DNA from: an uncultured Candidatus Peribacteria bacterium
GTDB lineage: Bacteria; Patescibacteriota; Gracilibacteria; Peribacterales; Peribacteraceae
DNA: 64,000 nucleotides
Direction of reading: 5' to 3'
NCBI GenBank assembly: GCA_964506185.1
Contig: CAZDKL010000004.1
Coordinates: forward strand, 179-64,178
Both the position numbers and the translations under genes were made by a program. The notes under the pieces were generated by a model, which was not told the origin of the DNA, made no database searches, and was given only the letters and a program-made list of their open reading frames with translations. This document shows, piece after piece, positions 45,665 through 53,443 of the stretch (its first letter is position 1; each line of letters opens with the position of its first letter).

Positions 45665-46551
45665 TAATCTGTAATTGTGTAAGTTTGTGTAAAGAATAGC
45701 GATGCCGGGACGACCGTTTCGCCATCAGAAGTTTCTATAACCACGCCGGCAAGCGTGAATGTTTTGACCTTTCCTTTTACATCGCCAACGGAGACTTTGC
45801 TTCCGACTTCAATATTCCTTTTAAGATGCTGGCAAAGCAAAGCATTCTCCAAAACTGTCCTTGCGCTTAAAACAATTGCAAGACCGCAAATCAATAAGAC
45901 AGCTGCGAAGAAAATAAGCACGTTGGTTGTTATAAAAGACAGATTCATTCCAAGCTGCTCAACTGCGGCAAGGAACACAAAGACCAGCACAATCATCTGA
46001 ACCGCTCGCCCCACTGATCTCTCGTATCCAAGATCTGTTTTGGAAATGGACTGAACCACCAAAGTTTGCAGGAATTTCGCAAGAAGCATTCCAAATACAA
46101 TAATTAGAAAAGCTGCGATGACCTGAGGTATATATCGCGTTACAACTTCAAGTGCATTCGAAACTTTTTCAAGATTCAAAATTTCCGACGCAAAGATTAA
46201 CGTGACCAAGATAGTCAGCCAAAAAACCAGAAGACCGAGTATTCCGGATGCGCTTTTGTGGATTCCAATGCTCTTTAACATCTTATCGAGCGGAGTCTTT
46301 GCAACCAGCTTATCGACTGCAAAGAAAGCGAGAATTCGAACGCATAGGCGATAGAAAATTGAAGCGATTATCCAACCGGCCAGCACTATCAAAATTGCGA
46401 GCAATGCCTCGGGTAGAATATCCATCAGCTTCTCGTATGCCTGAAGGGCGGCTTCTCTGACTAAGGTATTTGTGCGGGTAATTATTGTTTCCATAACAGA
46501 AATTATAGCAGAAAAGGGGTAATTTGTGTAGCTTAAGCCATAAGCTATCAT
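45664..46551 (-). CDS. Mechanosensitive-channel-like membrane protein
   Basis: Several TM helices, then an MscS beta-domain-like IEVGSKVSVGDVKGKVKTFTLAGVVIETSDGETVVPASLF. Confidence 0.6.
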   Translation of the reverse strand: MIAYGLSYTNYPFSAIISVMETIITRTNTLVREAALQAYEKLMDILPEALLAILIVLAGWIIASIFYRLCVRILAFFAVDKLVAKTPLDKMLKSIGIHKSASGILGLLVFWLTILVTLIFASEILNLEKVSNALEVVTRYIPQVIAAFLIIVFGMLLAKFLQTLVVQSISKTDLGYERSVGRAVQMIVLVFVFLAAVEQLGMNLSFITTNVLIFFAAVLLICGLAIVLSARTVLENALLCQHLKRNIEVGSKVSVGDVKGKVKTFTLAGVVIETSDGETVVPASLFFTQTYTITD

Positions 46552-46557
46552 ATCCTT

Positions 46558-48162
46558 ATGAACAAACTGGAGATTCCCCTCTTCATCGTCCTTACCTTCC
46601 TAGCATTCGGAGCTTCCCTATTCCACGGCTTTGCGCCTGTTGATGATTCTTTTCTGATTGTGGAAAACCTCGCGATCAGGGCAATTAATTGGGAGAACAT
46701 ATATCACTTCTTTAGCACTTACGATCCGGAACTTTATATCCCGCTAGTATTCTTAAGCTTCCAATTCAATTATCTGATAGGCGAGTTGGCTCCATTTAAT
46801 TATCACCTGACTAATATTCTAATCCACATCATCAACGCACTTCTCGTTACTCGAATCCTGACTCAGCTAACTGACAAAAAGAAACTATCAATCTTCGCAG
46901 GACTGATATTTGCAGTTCATCCATTGAACGCTGAGGCTGTTGTCTGGCTCGCGGGCAGAAAGGATCTTCTCGCAGGACTCTTCTTCTTCGCATCGCTGAC
47001 TTTTTATTTGGACTTTATAAAAGGCAATCGAAAAGCTTACGCTCTGAGCATTTCAATGTTTCTTCTTGCATTACTTTCTAAAGTAATAGCAGTAACTCTT
47101 CTAGGAATTATTATTCTTCACTGGATTCTATTCCAAGCCCGTACCCGAAAACCGAACCCGATTGCACTCACTCCTTATCTAATCCTAACTCTAATCTTCA
47201 TAGTCGTCGCTCTCGGCGGTAAAGCCCGCGTCATCGCATCTGTAACTTTCGCTGACAAGATTCTAGTCGCATGCAAAAGCACGATCTTTTATATATACAA
47301 ATTCCTAATCCCGACTGATCTGACGATTATCTATCCGCTTCAGGGAGATATAAGCCTGACTGACATGCGAATTCTCCCAAGCGTTATATTCGCTATATTA
47401 CTGATCGCTGTCGCGGTTAAAGTTATAAAAAGGCATCCATGGATTACATTTGGAATCGGATGGTACTTAATATGCTTAGCTCCAACATTCCTGAACATTG
47501 GAAAAGCCGGCCTCGTCTTCTTTGCCGTTGACCGTTATGCGTATTTGCCAATGGTCGGACTTCTGATTGTTCTTGTTTATATTTACAAAAGCATTCGACC
47601 AATCGCAGTATCAATAATAATTATTGTTCTAATAGCCCTTTCAATAAATCAAACCAGTACTTGGAAAACACCTGACGGAGTCTTCAGGCGAACTCTTGAT
47701 ATTTATCCCGAGTCGGTTGGTGCTCGCGTTGGTCTTGCAACAATCCTAAGGCATCAGAACAAGTTGGAAGAAGCCTTTGAAGTTATAACTGAAGGCGTGA
47801 AACATATGGACCACTCGCTTCTGCATATGAACGCGGGATTCGTTTATGCGGCAACGGGACAAGTAGCTGACGCGGAGGAAAGATTCCGTTCTGCAATCAA
47901 TATGGATCCAAATAATCCTGAACCTTACTTCTCACTCGGCTCACTGTTTGAACAGACAAATAGAACTGACGAAGCTATTTCATTTTACGAAAAAGCGATC
48001 GAACTTGATGACTCTTATGTAATTGCAAGAGCAAAGCTCGGAAACCTTTATCTAAACAAAGGACAAACTGATAAAGCTCGTGAGCAGTTTAAAAAAGCTC
48101 TTGAGTGGAATAAGTTTTCAGTTGAAGCTAACGAGGGAATTAAGAAAATCAATTCTCAGTAA
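46558..48162 (+). CDS. Polytopic membrane protein (PMT/GT-C-like) with a C-terminal TPR domain
   Basis: About 11 TM helices, followed by TPR repeats (AEERFRSAINMDPNNPEPYFSLGSLFEQTNRTDEAISFYEKAIELDDSYV...). Confidence 0.75.
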   Translation: MNKLEIPLFIVLTFLAFGASLFHGFAPVDDSFLIVENLAIRAINWENIYHFFSTYDPELYIPLVFLSFQFNYLIGELAPFNYHLTNILIHIINALLVTRILTQLTDKKKLSIFAGLIFAVHPLNAEAVVWLAGRKDLLAGLFFFASLTFYLDFIKGNRKAYALSISMFLLALLSKVIAVTLLGIIILHWILFQARTRKPNPIALTPYLILTLIFIVVALGGKARVIASVTFADKILVACKSTIFYIYKFLIPTDLTIIYPLQGDISLTDMRILPSVIFAILLIAVAVKVIKRHPWITFGIGWYLICLAPTFLNIGKAGLVFFAVDRYAYLPMVGLLIVLVYIYKSIRPIAVSIIIIVLIALSINQTSTWKTPDGVFRRTLDIYPESVGARVGLATILRHQNKLEEAFEVITEGVKHMDHSLLHMNAGFVYAATGQVADAEERFRSAINMDPNNPEPYFSLGSLFEQTNRTDEAISFYEKAIELDDSYVIARAKLGNLYLNKGQTDKAREQFKKALEWNKFSVEANEGIKKINSQ

Positions 48163-48255
48163 TCAAGCTAATCCTGAAATCAAGCAAATCAAGGTTCAGA
48201 CAGACGTGGCGAAGAGCCCGGTTCCACCGGACTCTTCTGTTGACAACGATAGGCT

Positions 48256-48732
48256 TCAGATCTTCTCCGCCGCCTTGCGAACGGCAATCGGCAAAACCAT
48301 CTGTTCGCCGTTCAGCCACACCTGCTGCTGATCGGCATTGTCGGAATAGAGGCCAACGACATCCAGCACCGTGCGCACGAAGTACATGTTCGTCGCTTCA
48401 ATCTGGACCATGCAGTTCGGCGCAACCCAACCGATGGTAACCGTAATCGGGTTGAAGCTGTCTGCATTGGTCACGATCTGCACGGATTCACCATGGGTGA
48501 CTTTCGGAATAGGACTTCCTTCACTGGCCAAAGCGACCATCTCTTTGGCATGGTGTGCTGCCTTCTCGACGTCTCCAACCTCGAGCTGAGCAAGCATTCG
48601 CCGAAACGAAGAATCTGATTCCAATCCCGAATCTTGTTCGTTGTCGCCACGCGTCGCACGGTGCAAGTTGAGCACCATGAGGATCTGCAGGTGCAACTTC
48701 GAACTAAACGCCACTGAGTAGTTGGTTGACAC
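48256..48732 (-). CDS. Hypothetical protein, paralogue 1 (GC-rich island B)
   Basis: Shares colinear motifs with the neighbouring ORF: VLNLHRATRGDN vs MLNVCEATRVDN; FRRMLAQLEVGDVEKAAHHAKEMV vs FLKMLGLLKEGNLEGAGRQACEFL; VQIVTNADSFNPITVTIGW vs VVIKTGTGYPQPMSFAIAY. Confidence 0.6.
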   Translation of the reverse strand: MSTNYSVAFSSKLHLQILMVLNLHRATRGDNEQDSGLESDSSFRRMLAQLEVGDVEKAAHHAKEMVALASEGSPIPKVTHGESVQIVTNADSFNPITVTIGWVAPNCMVQIEATNMYFVRTVLDVVGLYSDNADQQQVWLNGEQMVLPIAVRKAAEKI

Positions 48733-48776
48733 GACTTCGTCCTCCCCGTTTGAAAAGTGGTTGTTGTAACTGATTT

Positions 48777-49355
48777 CTACTCCATGAGTTGCTCGCGAAC
48801 CCGTCCGATGGCGTCGATGATTTTCATCCTTTCCTCATCGAGCCTGACCATCTTCACCGGATTGCCCGATGACAATTGCAGAGCCGACAGGACCGTAAGC
48901 ATCAGCATGCCATTTGCGCGCACTTCGACAGCCCATTGATCGTGATATGCAATGGCGAAAGACATTGGCTGCGGATACCCCGTGCCGGTTTTGATCACGA
49001 CACTCGGACTCTTCACCGACACGTCGGCAGCAGAGCCACTGGCCTCCTGAGCCCCTTTCAGGAACTCGCACGCTTGCCTGCCAGCTCCTTCCAAATTTCC
49101 TTCTTTCAGCAAGCCAAGCATCTTCAAGAAATGTCCTTCACGGTCCCGAGATGAGCAACGAACATTGTCGACGCGAGTTGCCTCGCACACATTCAACATG
49201 TCTGCAACATCGAACTCGGCACAATTCTCTGCGACCAGTGTGTGCTTCAAGTCACTACTCACGATTCTATCTCCCCAAAAAGACGTCCAAAAAACAAAGG
49301 TTATATTCATAGACCCGGCGCGCCAAGCACCGGATCCGCCTATCTGTGCTGTCAA
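48777..49355 (-). CDS. Hypothetical protein, paralogue 2 (GC-rich island B)
   Basis: See 48256-48732. The conservation between the tandem paralogues supports coding. Confidence 0.6.
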   Translation of the reverse strand: MTAQIGGSGAWRAGSMNITFVFWTSFWGDRIVSSDLKHTLVAENCAEFDVADMLNVCEATRVDNVRCSSRDREGHFLKMLGLLKEGNLEGAGRQACEFLKGAQEASGSAADVSVKSPSVVIKTGTGYPQPMSFAIAYHDQWAVEVRANGMLMLTVLSALQLSSGNPVKMVRLDEERMKIIDAIGRVREQLME

Positions 49356-49501
49356 TGACCGCAGAAATCTAGAGAAAGACCTCTGGGACGCGAAATATTA
49401 CGTCTTTTGGCCTATTTAAGCAATCATTTGCACATTTAAATGAGGACGACGACCGCGGTAGCAGTCCTCGTCCAATGTTGATCGATCGGCCAATCCTTGG
49501 C

Positions 49502-49816
49502 CTATTCGAGGTAAATCGCCGCCGATGCCAGGTTGAGCGCAACGATGATCGTCGCAACAAACATGCAAAGGCTTACGAACATGAATGTGTAGGCAGCGAA
49601 CAGCATCGGACCTGTCTTCCTGCTCCGAGCCCATCGTTGCAATCCGTCAATGCACTTGGCGACAGAAAACGGTGCTTGCGTGGCAGGCTGTTGTGGCGGC
49701 TCTTCGTTTTCCTCGCCGCAAGCCTTCCAGCAAAAGAATCCGATTCCCGCCAGTAGAAAATCACCACCGATGCCCAGCAACAGAATAAAAAATGTCACGG
49801 TCCCGTACCTCCGCAA
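49502..49816 (-). CDS. Small membrane protein (GC-rich island B)
   Basis: Hydrophobic helices at the N-terminus (VTFFILLLGIGGDFLLAGIGFFCW) and C-terminus (MLFAAYTFMFVSLCMFVATIIVALNLA). Other ORFs overlap it, so the frame is uncertain. Confidence 0.4.
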   Translation of the reverse strand: MRRYGTVTFFILLLGIGGDFLLAGIGFFCWKACGEENEEPPQQPATQAPFSVAKCIDGLQRWARSRKTGPMLFAAYTFMFVSLCMFVATIIVALNLASAAIYLE

Positions 49817-49878
49817 AAAAGTAGTGAAAGGTCAATCGATTCAGACCTAAAGTATCATAATATCCAGTATTGTCAATA

Positions 49879-51483
49879 CTACCCCTTACTATTTCTCTTT
49901 ATAAGTCTCTTCCTCTGCATCGCAGTAAATAACTTCTTCCCCTGAGCAATGGAAATTTTTGCATTTAGCTTAACCTCACCTCCGTTTGCAGATGCATCTG
50001 GCATACCGGAGGTTTCATTAATACACTGAACTACTTCATCAACAGTTAATTCGCCTTGTGGCTTTAGAACCATATCAAGTTTTTTGGCTCCGTCTGCCTC
50101 CAGCATCGAATCAACATCGGTTATATCCTTTCCTCCTTCGCCTTTAAACTCAACATTCAACTTGTCTCGAGTGGTCCCCTTGCTATCGGTCGCATACCTT
50201 AGCAAGTTCACAGCCTTACCACGGTTTATCCAATCGCTTAAATCAACGCCCTGTTCATTTAATTGCTTTTGAAGCTGGAACATTTCCTCTTCATCTGCCG
50301 AAGCATCAAGGCGCATAAAACGAAAAGATGCACCGTCATATCTAATCTCCAATCCCTTATCTTCCCAATCCGAATTCATTTCCAACACGCGTTTAATAAC
50401 ACTTTGCTTCTGGTCTTCCGGACAATGATCAAACAGTGTATTTAGTTCGTACATAATACCTCTTCCTGTTTCGGTTCCCTGCGATTCAGTTTTGATATCT
50501 TTCAATAGTTGCTGTAACTCCTGCTCAAAAACTTTCGGATCTTCAACGCCCTTTGCTACCCAATCTATAGCCTCAGATGCTTCTGGTTGCCCCGTGGCAT
50601 CCACAGTGCGCATCGTTCTTCCATTCTCGGCTTCTGCCTGATACTTGTCATACATCAAATCAAACCATTTGTCTTCAGCTGCTGTAGTTTCTTGCGACAT
50701 GCTCTGATCGAATTGAGACTGTGCATTTTCTCTATTTTCTTCCCATAGCTCTCCAACTTGAGACATATGCACCGGTGTAGCATTCAACTTGCGCATGAAA
50801 CTGGTAACAGAGTTCGCCATAGAACCTGCAGCTCCACGCTCGATTTTTGCAACTCTTTGTTGCGCTGCTTCTCTGGATTCATCTTGGGCCTGCTCCACAG
50901 ACGCGCCGGAATTTAGCCTGCCTCTGATGTCGTTAACGAACTGCTTCTTTATTGGAGTTAAATGTTTTATCCATTCGTAAAAATTCTTTCCAACTAATTC
51001 TCTTTCTCCACCGGCCAACTGATCTGTTGCATGCTCGCAAAGCTCTTTTGCATCTCCACCTAATCTGGATTCCGCACTTTCAATAATATTTTCTCCTTTA
51101 ACCATTTTTTCGAATTCTTCCTCCCAATTCTTAACACTCTCCTGCGACTCTTCCTGTCCTTCTTGTTCTTTCTCCGGTCCCATTTCTTTCTCATCTCTTT
51201 TTTCTTCCACTTCTTCCATTGCCTCATTATCACTCGCTCCCATTTCTTCAACTGATTCATCCTCTCCCAATTCAGCCTTTGCTTTTTCTACCTTCGCTAA
51301 TTTATTGCCATTGCCTCCCGCATCCTTTTCAGCTTCATCTGCCTTCAGTCCGGTAAACTCCTGCAATTCCGCCAAAGTTGTTCCTTTAAACTCCACTGTA
51401 CCGCTTTCAAAACCTTCGTCGACTCCTTCGTCGACGCTATCGTTATTTTCGTTTTGCCCAAGCTGATCCGGTTTTCCACCCAT
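49879..51483 (-). CDS. Acidic hypothetical protein (534 aa)
   Basis: Long ORF with a Glu/Asp-rich N-terminal third. No family was recognised. Confidence 0.6.
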   Translation of the reverse strand: MGGKPDQLGQNENNDSVDEGVDEGFESGTVEFKGTTLAELQEFTGLKADEAEKDAGGNGNKLAKVEKAKAELGEDESVEEMGASDNEAMEEVEEKRDEKEMGPEKEQEGQEESQESVKNWEEEFEKMVKGENIIESAESRLGGDAKELCEHATDQLAGGERELVGKNFYEWIKHLTPIKKQFVNDIRGRLNSGASVEQAQDESREAAQQRVAKIERGAAGSMANSVTSFMRKLNATPVHMSQVGELWEENRENAQSQFDQSMSQETTAAEDKWFDLMYDKYQAEAENGRTMRTVDATGQPEASEAIDWVAKGVEDPKVFEQELQQLLKDIKTESQGTETGRGIMYELNTLFDHCPEDQKQSVIKRVLEMNSDWEDKGLEIRYDGASFRFMRLDASADEEEMFQLQKQLNEQGVDLSDWINRGKAVNLLRYATDSKGTTRDKLNVEFKGEGGKDITDVDSMLEADGAKKLDMVLKPQGELTVDEVVQCINETSGMPDASANGGEVKLNAKISIAQGKKLFTAMQRKRLIKRNSKG

Positions 51484-51593
51484 ATTTATTTTTGTTTATT
51501 TCTAGCCATTTTACCTTATTTTTGGGTTTTTATCAATCAGCATAAGAATATCATTTCCCTTTCGAGATTTGATAAGTAATATTAGTACACCTA

Positions 51594-51670
51594 AGGCGCG
51601 TAGCTCAGTTGGCTAGAGCACTGGTCTCCAAAACCAGGGGTCGAAGGTTCAAATCCTTCCGCGCCTGCCA
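51594..51670 (+). tRNA. tRNA-Trp (CCA), CCA end encoded
   Basis: AGGCGCGTAGCTCAGTTGGCTAGAGCACTGGTCTCCAAAACCAGGGGTCGAAGGTTCAAATCCTTCCGCGCCTGCCA folds as a cloverleaf with anticodon loop CTCCAAA. Confidence 0.93.
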
Positions 51671-53311
51671 CTCAATACAGAGATTTGGGTCTAATGGCCG
51701 CTTCTCTAATGTTTTAGAAACCGTATCATTACAATCAGATGATTCTAACCTTGCCTTTTGATTTGCTCCCGCAAGCGGGAACTTTGCGATAGTTGCGAAA
51801 GGTTCTTGATACTCAGCGGTCACTTTGCAGTCTTTTAGCACTAGGTTCGAACAAACAAGTAAAATAACCCCTCTCTTCTCCTCACATGAAGCCATAGCAA
51901 GATTATCCGGTAGGTTAATTAATGCTTCCACAAACGACTGGCAGTCATCAATCCATTGGGTGCCATCTCCATGAATAGCGCCGAGCTTGCTCTGAATTGA
52001 TTCTAAATCCTCGTTCAGCGCACGCTTTTGTGCAAGGTATTCTTCATCTGATAAGAGTTCTCCACTGACATTATTGGGTGATATTTTAAGCTGTAGTAGG
52101 CCATCTAGCTTCTGTTTGCAGGCATTGTACTGAGACTGCAGTTTCCTTCTTACTGACTCAGAAGATTTAGCTTCCGACTTATGGAGCTCACGGACTTTAT
52201 CACAGGCTGGCTTAATAAATGCTTCTGGAATGGACAAGTCTGTAAGTATACAAAGCAGTTGCTCCTGTAATTGTTCCTCGCGTATCCACTTGCGCTGATC
52301 ACATGAACCTTTTTTGTAAGTGCAGTGGTAGTACACGTGCCCTTTCTGCCACTCTGCAGTAATTGCACAACCACATTCACCGCATCGCATAAGACCACTG
52401 TAAGAAAACTGATGTCTGCGATGTCTTCCCTTAGATTTCCTTGCAAGTGCATGCTGTACCCGGTCAAACAGCTCTCTGGAAATTAAAGGGTCATGTTGAA
52501 TGTTTTCATTGTATATTTTTCCCTGGTAACGTATAGCTCCATAAAAGTAGGGGTTGGAGAGCAAATTTGTAAGAACACACTTGCTTAATTTCTTTTTACC
52601 ATTGCGAGTTTCTAGGCCGATCCCCTGAGCATAATTTTGGAGCCCGGCTAACGTATACACCCCCTTAGATGCCTCTTCGAATAACATTCTCAACAACTTC
52701 CCATCTATTGGGTCAATCTCCTCCCGTTTCAATGGCCTTTCCAGCTGTTCCAGTATTTGCTGCTTTTGTGGTGAGTATTGGGCTGGAGTAATGCGACCTG
52801 CCCTATCAATATTTAGAAAGCCCAATGGGACAGTCCCTGGAAGCTCGCCTTTAAGCAATTTGGATTTAATATCTCGCTTTACGAATTGGCTGTTGTCATC
52901 ACTACTTTTCTTTGCCATAGCGAAGTGTATCTGCATCATGAACTTATCGTCAGAGTGGCCTGTAAATTCACTCTCAGGTGTAATGATTTTCTTTATGACA
53001 TCATCATCCATCATGTAAATGATGCGCCCACCATCAAAGCTGTTCCTTGCCAAGCGGGTAAGGTGGTAGGTAAGTATGCAATCGACCTCGCCGGCTTCTA
53101 TCCTATTTAGCATCTTGTTAAATAATGGACGTCCTTTCTTGTACGCGCTTTGGCTCTCAACGTAGATGTCGACTATTTCGATATTATGATTCTCGGCATA
53201 TTCCAATAAGGTGCGCTTTTGGGCGTCATTACTTAGCACCTGTCGATCCTCACGTTCTTGGCTACGTCTGCAGTATGCAATTAGGCGGGTTGGGGATTCT
53301 TGATAGGACAT
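51605..53311 (-). CDS. Large serine recombinase (integrase)
   Basis: LIAYCRRSQEREDRQVLSNDAQ...CILTYHLTRLARN (resolvase domain), recombinase domain (GTVPLGF) and a Cys cluster (MRCGECGC...YYHCTYKKGSC). The last 66 nt are antisense to tRNA-Trp. Confidence 0.9.
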   Translation of the reverse strand: MSYQESPTRLIAYCRRSQEREDRQVLSNDAQKRTLLEYAENHNIEIVDIYVESQSAYKKGRPLFNKMLNRIEAGEVDCILTYHLTRLARNSFDGGRIIYMMDDDVIKKIITPESEFTGHSDDKFMMQIHFAMAKKSSDDNSQFVKRDIKSKLLKGELPGTVPLGFLNIDRAGRITPAQYSPQKQQILEQLERPLKREEIDPIDGKLLRMLFEEASKGVYTLAGLQNYAQGIGLETRNGKKKLSKCVLTNLLSNPYFYGAIRYQGKIYNENIQHDPLISRELFDRVQHALARKSKGRHRRHQFSYSGLMRCGECGCAITAEWQKGHVYYHCTYKKGSCDQRKWIREEQLQEQLLCILTDLSIPEAFIKPACDKVRELHKSEAKSSESVRRKLQSQYNACKQKLDGLLQLKISPNNVSGELLSDEEYLAQKRALNEDLESIQSKLGAIHGDGTQWIDDCQSFVEALINLPDNLAMASCEEKRGVILLVCSNLVLKDCKVTAEYQEPFATIAKFPLAGANQKARLESSDCNDTVSKTLEKRPLDPNLCIEWQARKDLNLRPLVLETSALAN

Positions 53312-53336
53312 AATTGGAGTTGGAAAGAAACAAAAA

Positions 53337-53435
53337 CCCAGAGGGCGGCCCTGGCTATCACATCAGCTATTCGCTGTGTGCAGGGCCGCCCTCTGGGCGG
53401 TATACAAAACCAAACGAATAGCAATGATGTGATAG
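53337..53435. repeat. Two interleaved inverted repeats between the primase-helicase and integrase genes
   Basis: IR1 (17 bp, perfect): cccagagggcggccctg (53337-53353) / cagggccgccctctggg (53381-53397). IR2: gctatcacatcagctattcg (53354-53373) / cgaatagcaatgatgtgatagc (53414-53435). Confidence 0.85.
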
Positions 53436-53443
53436 CAGGCTCA

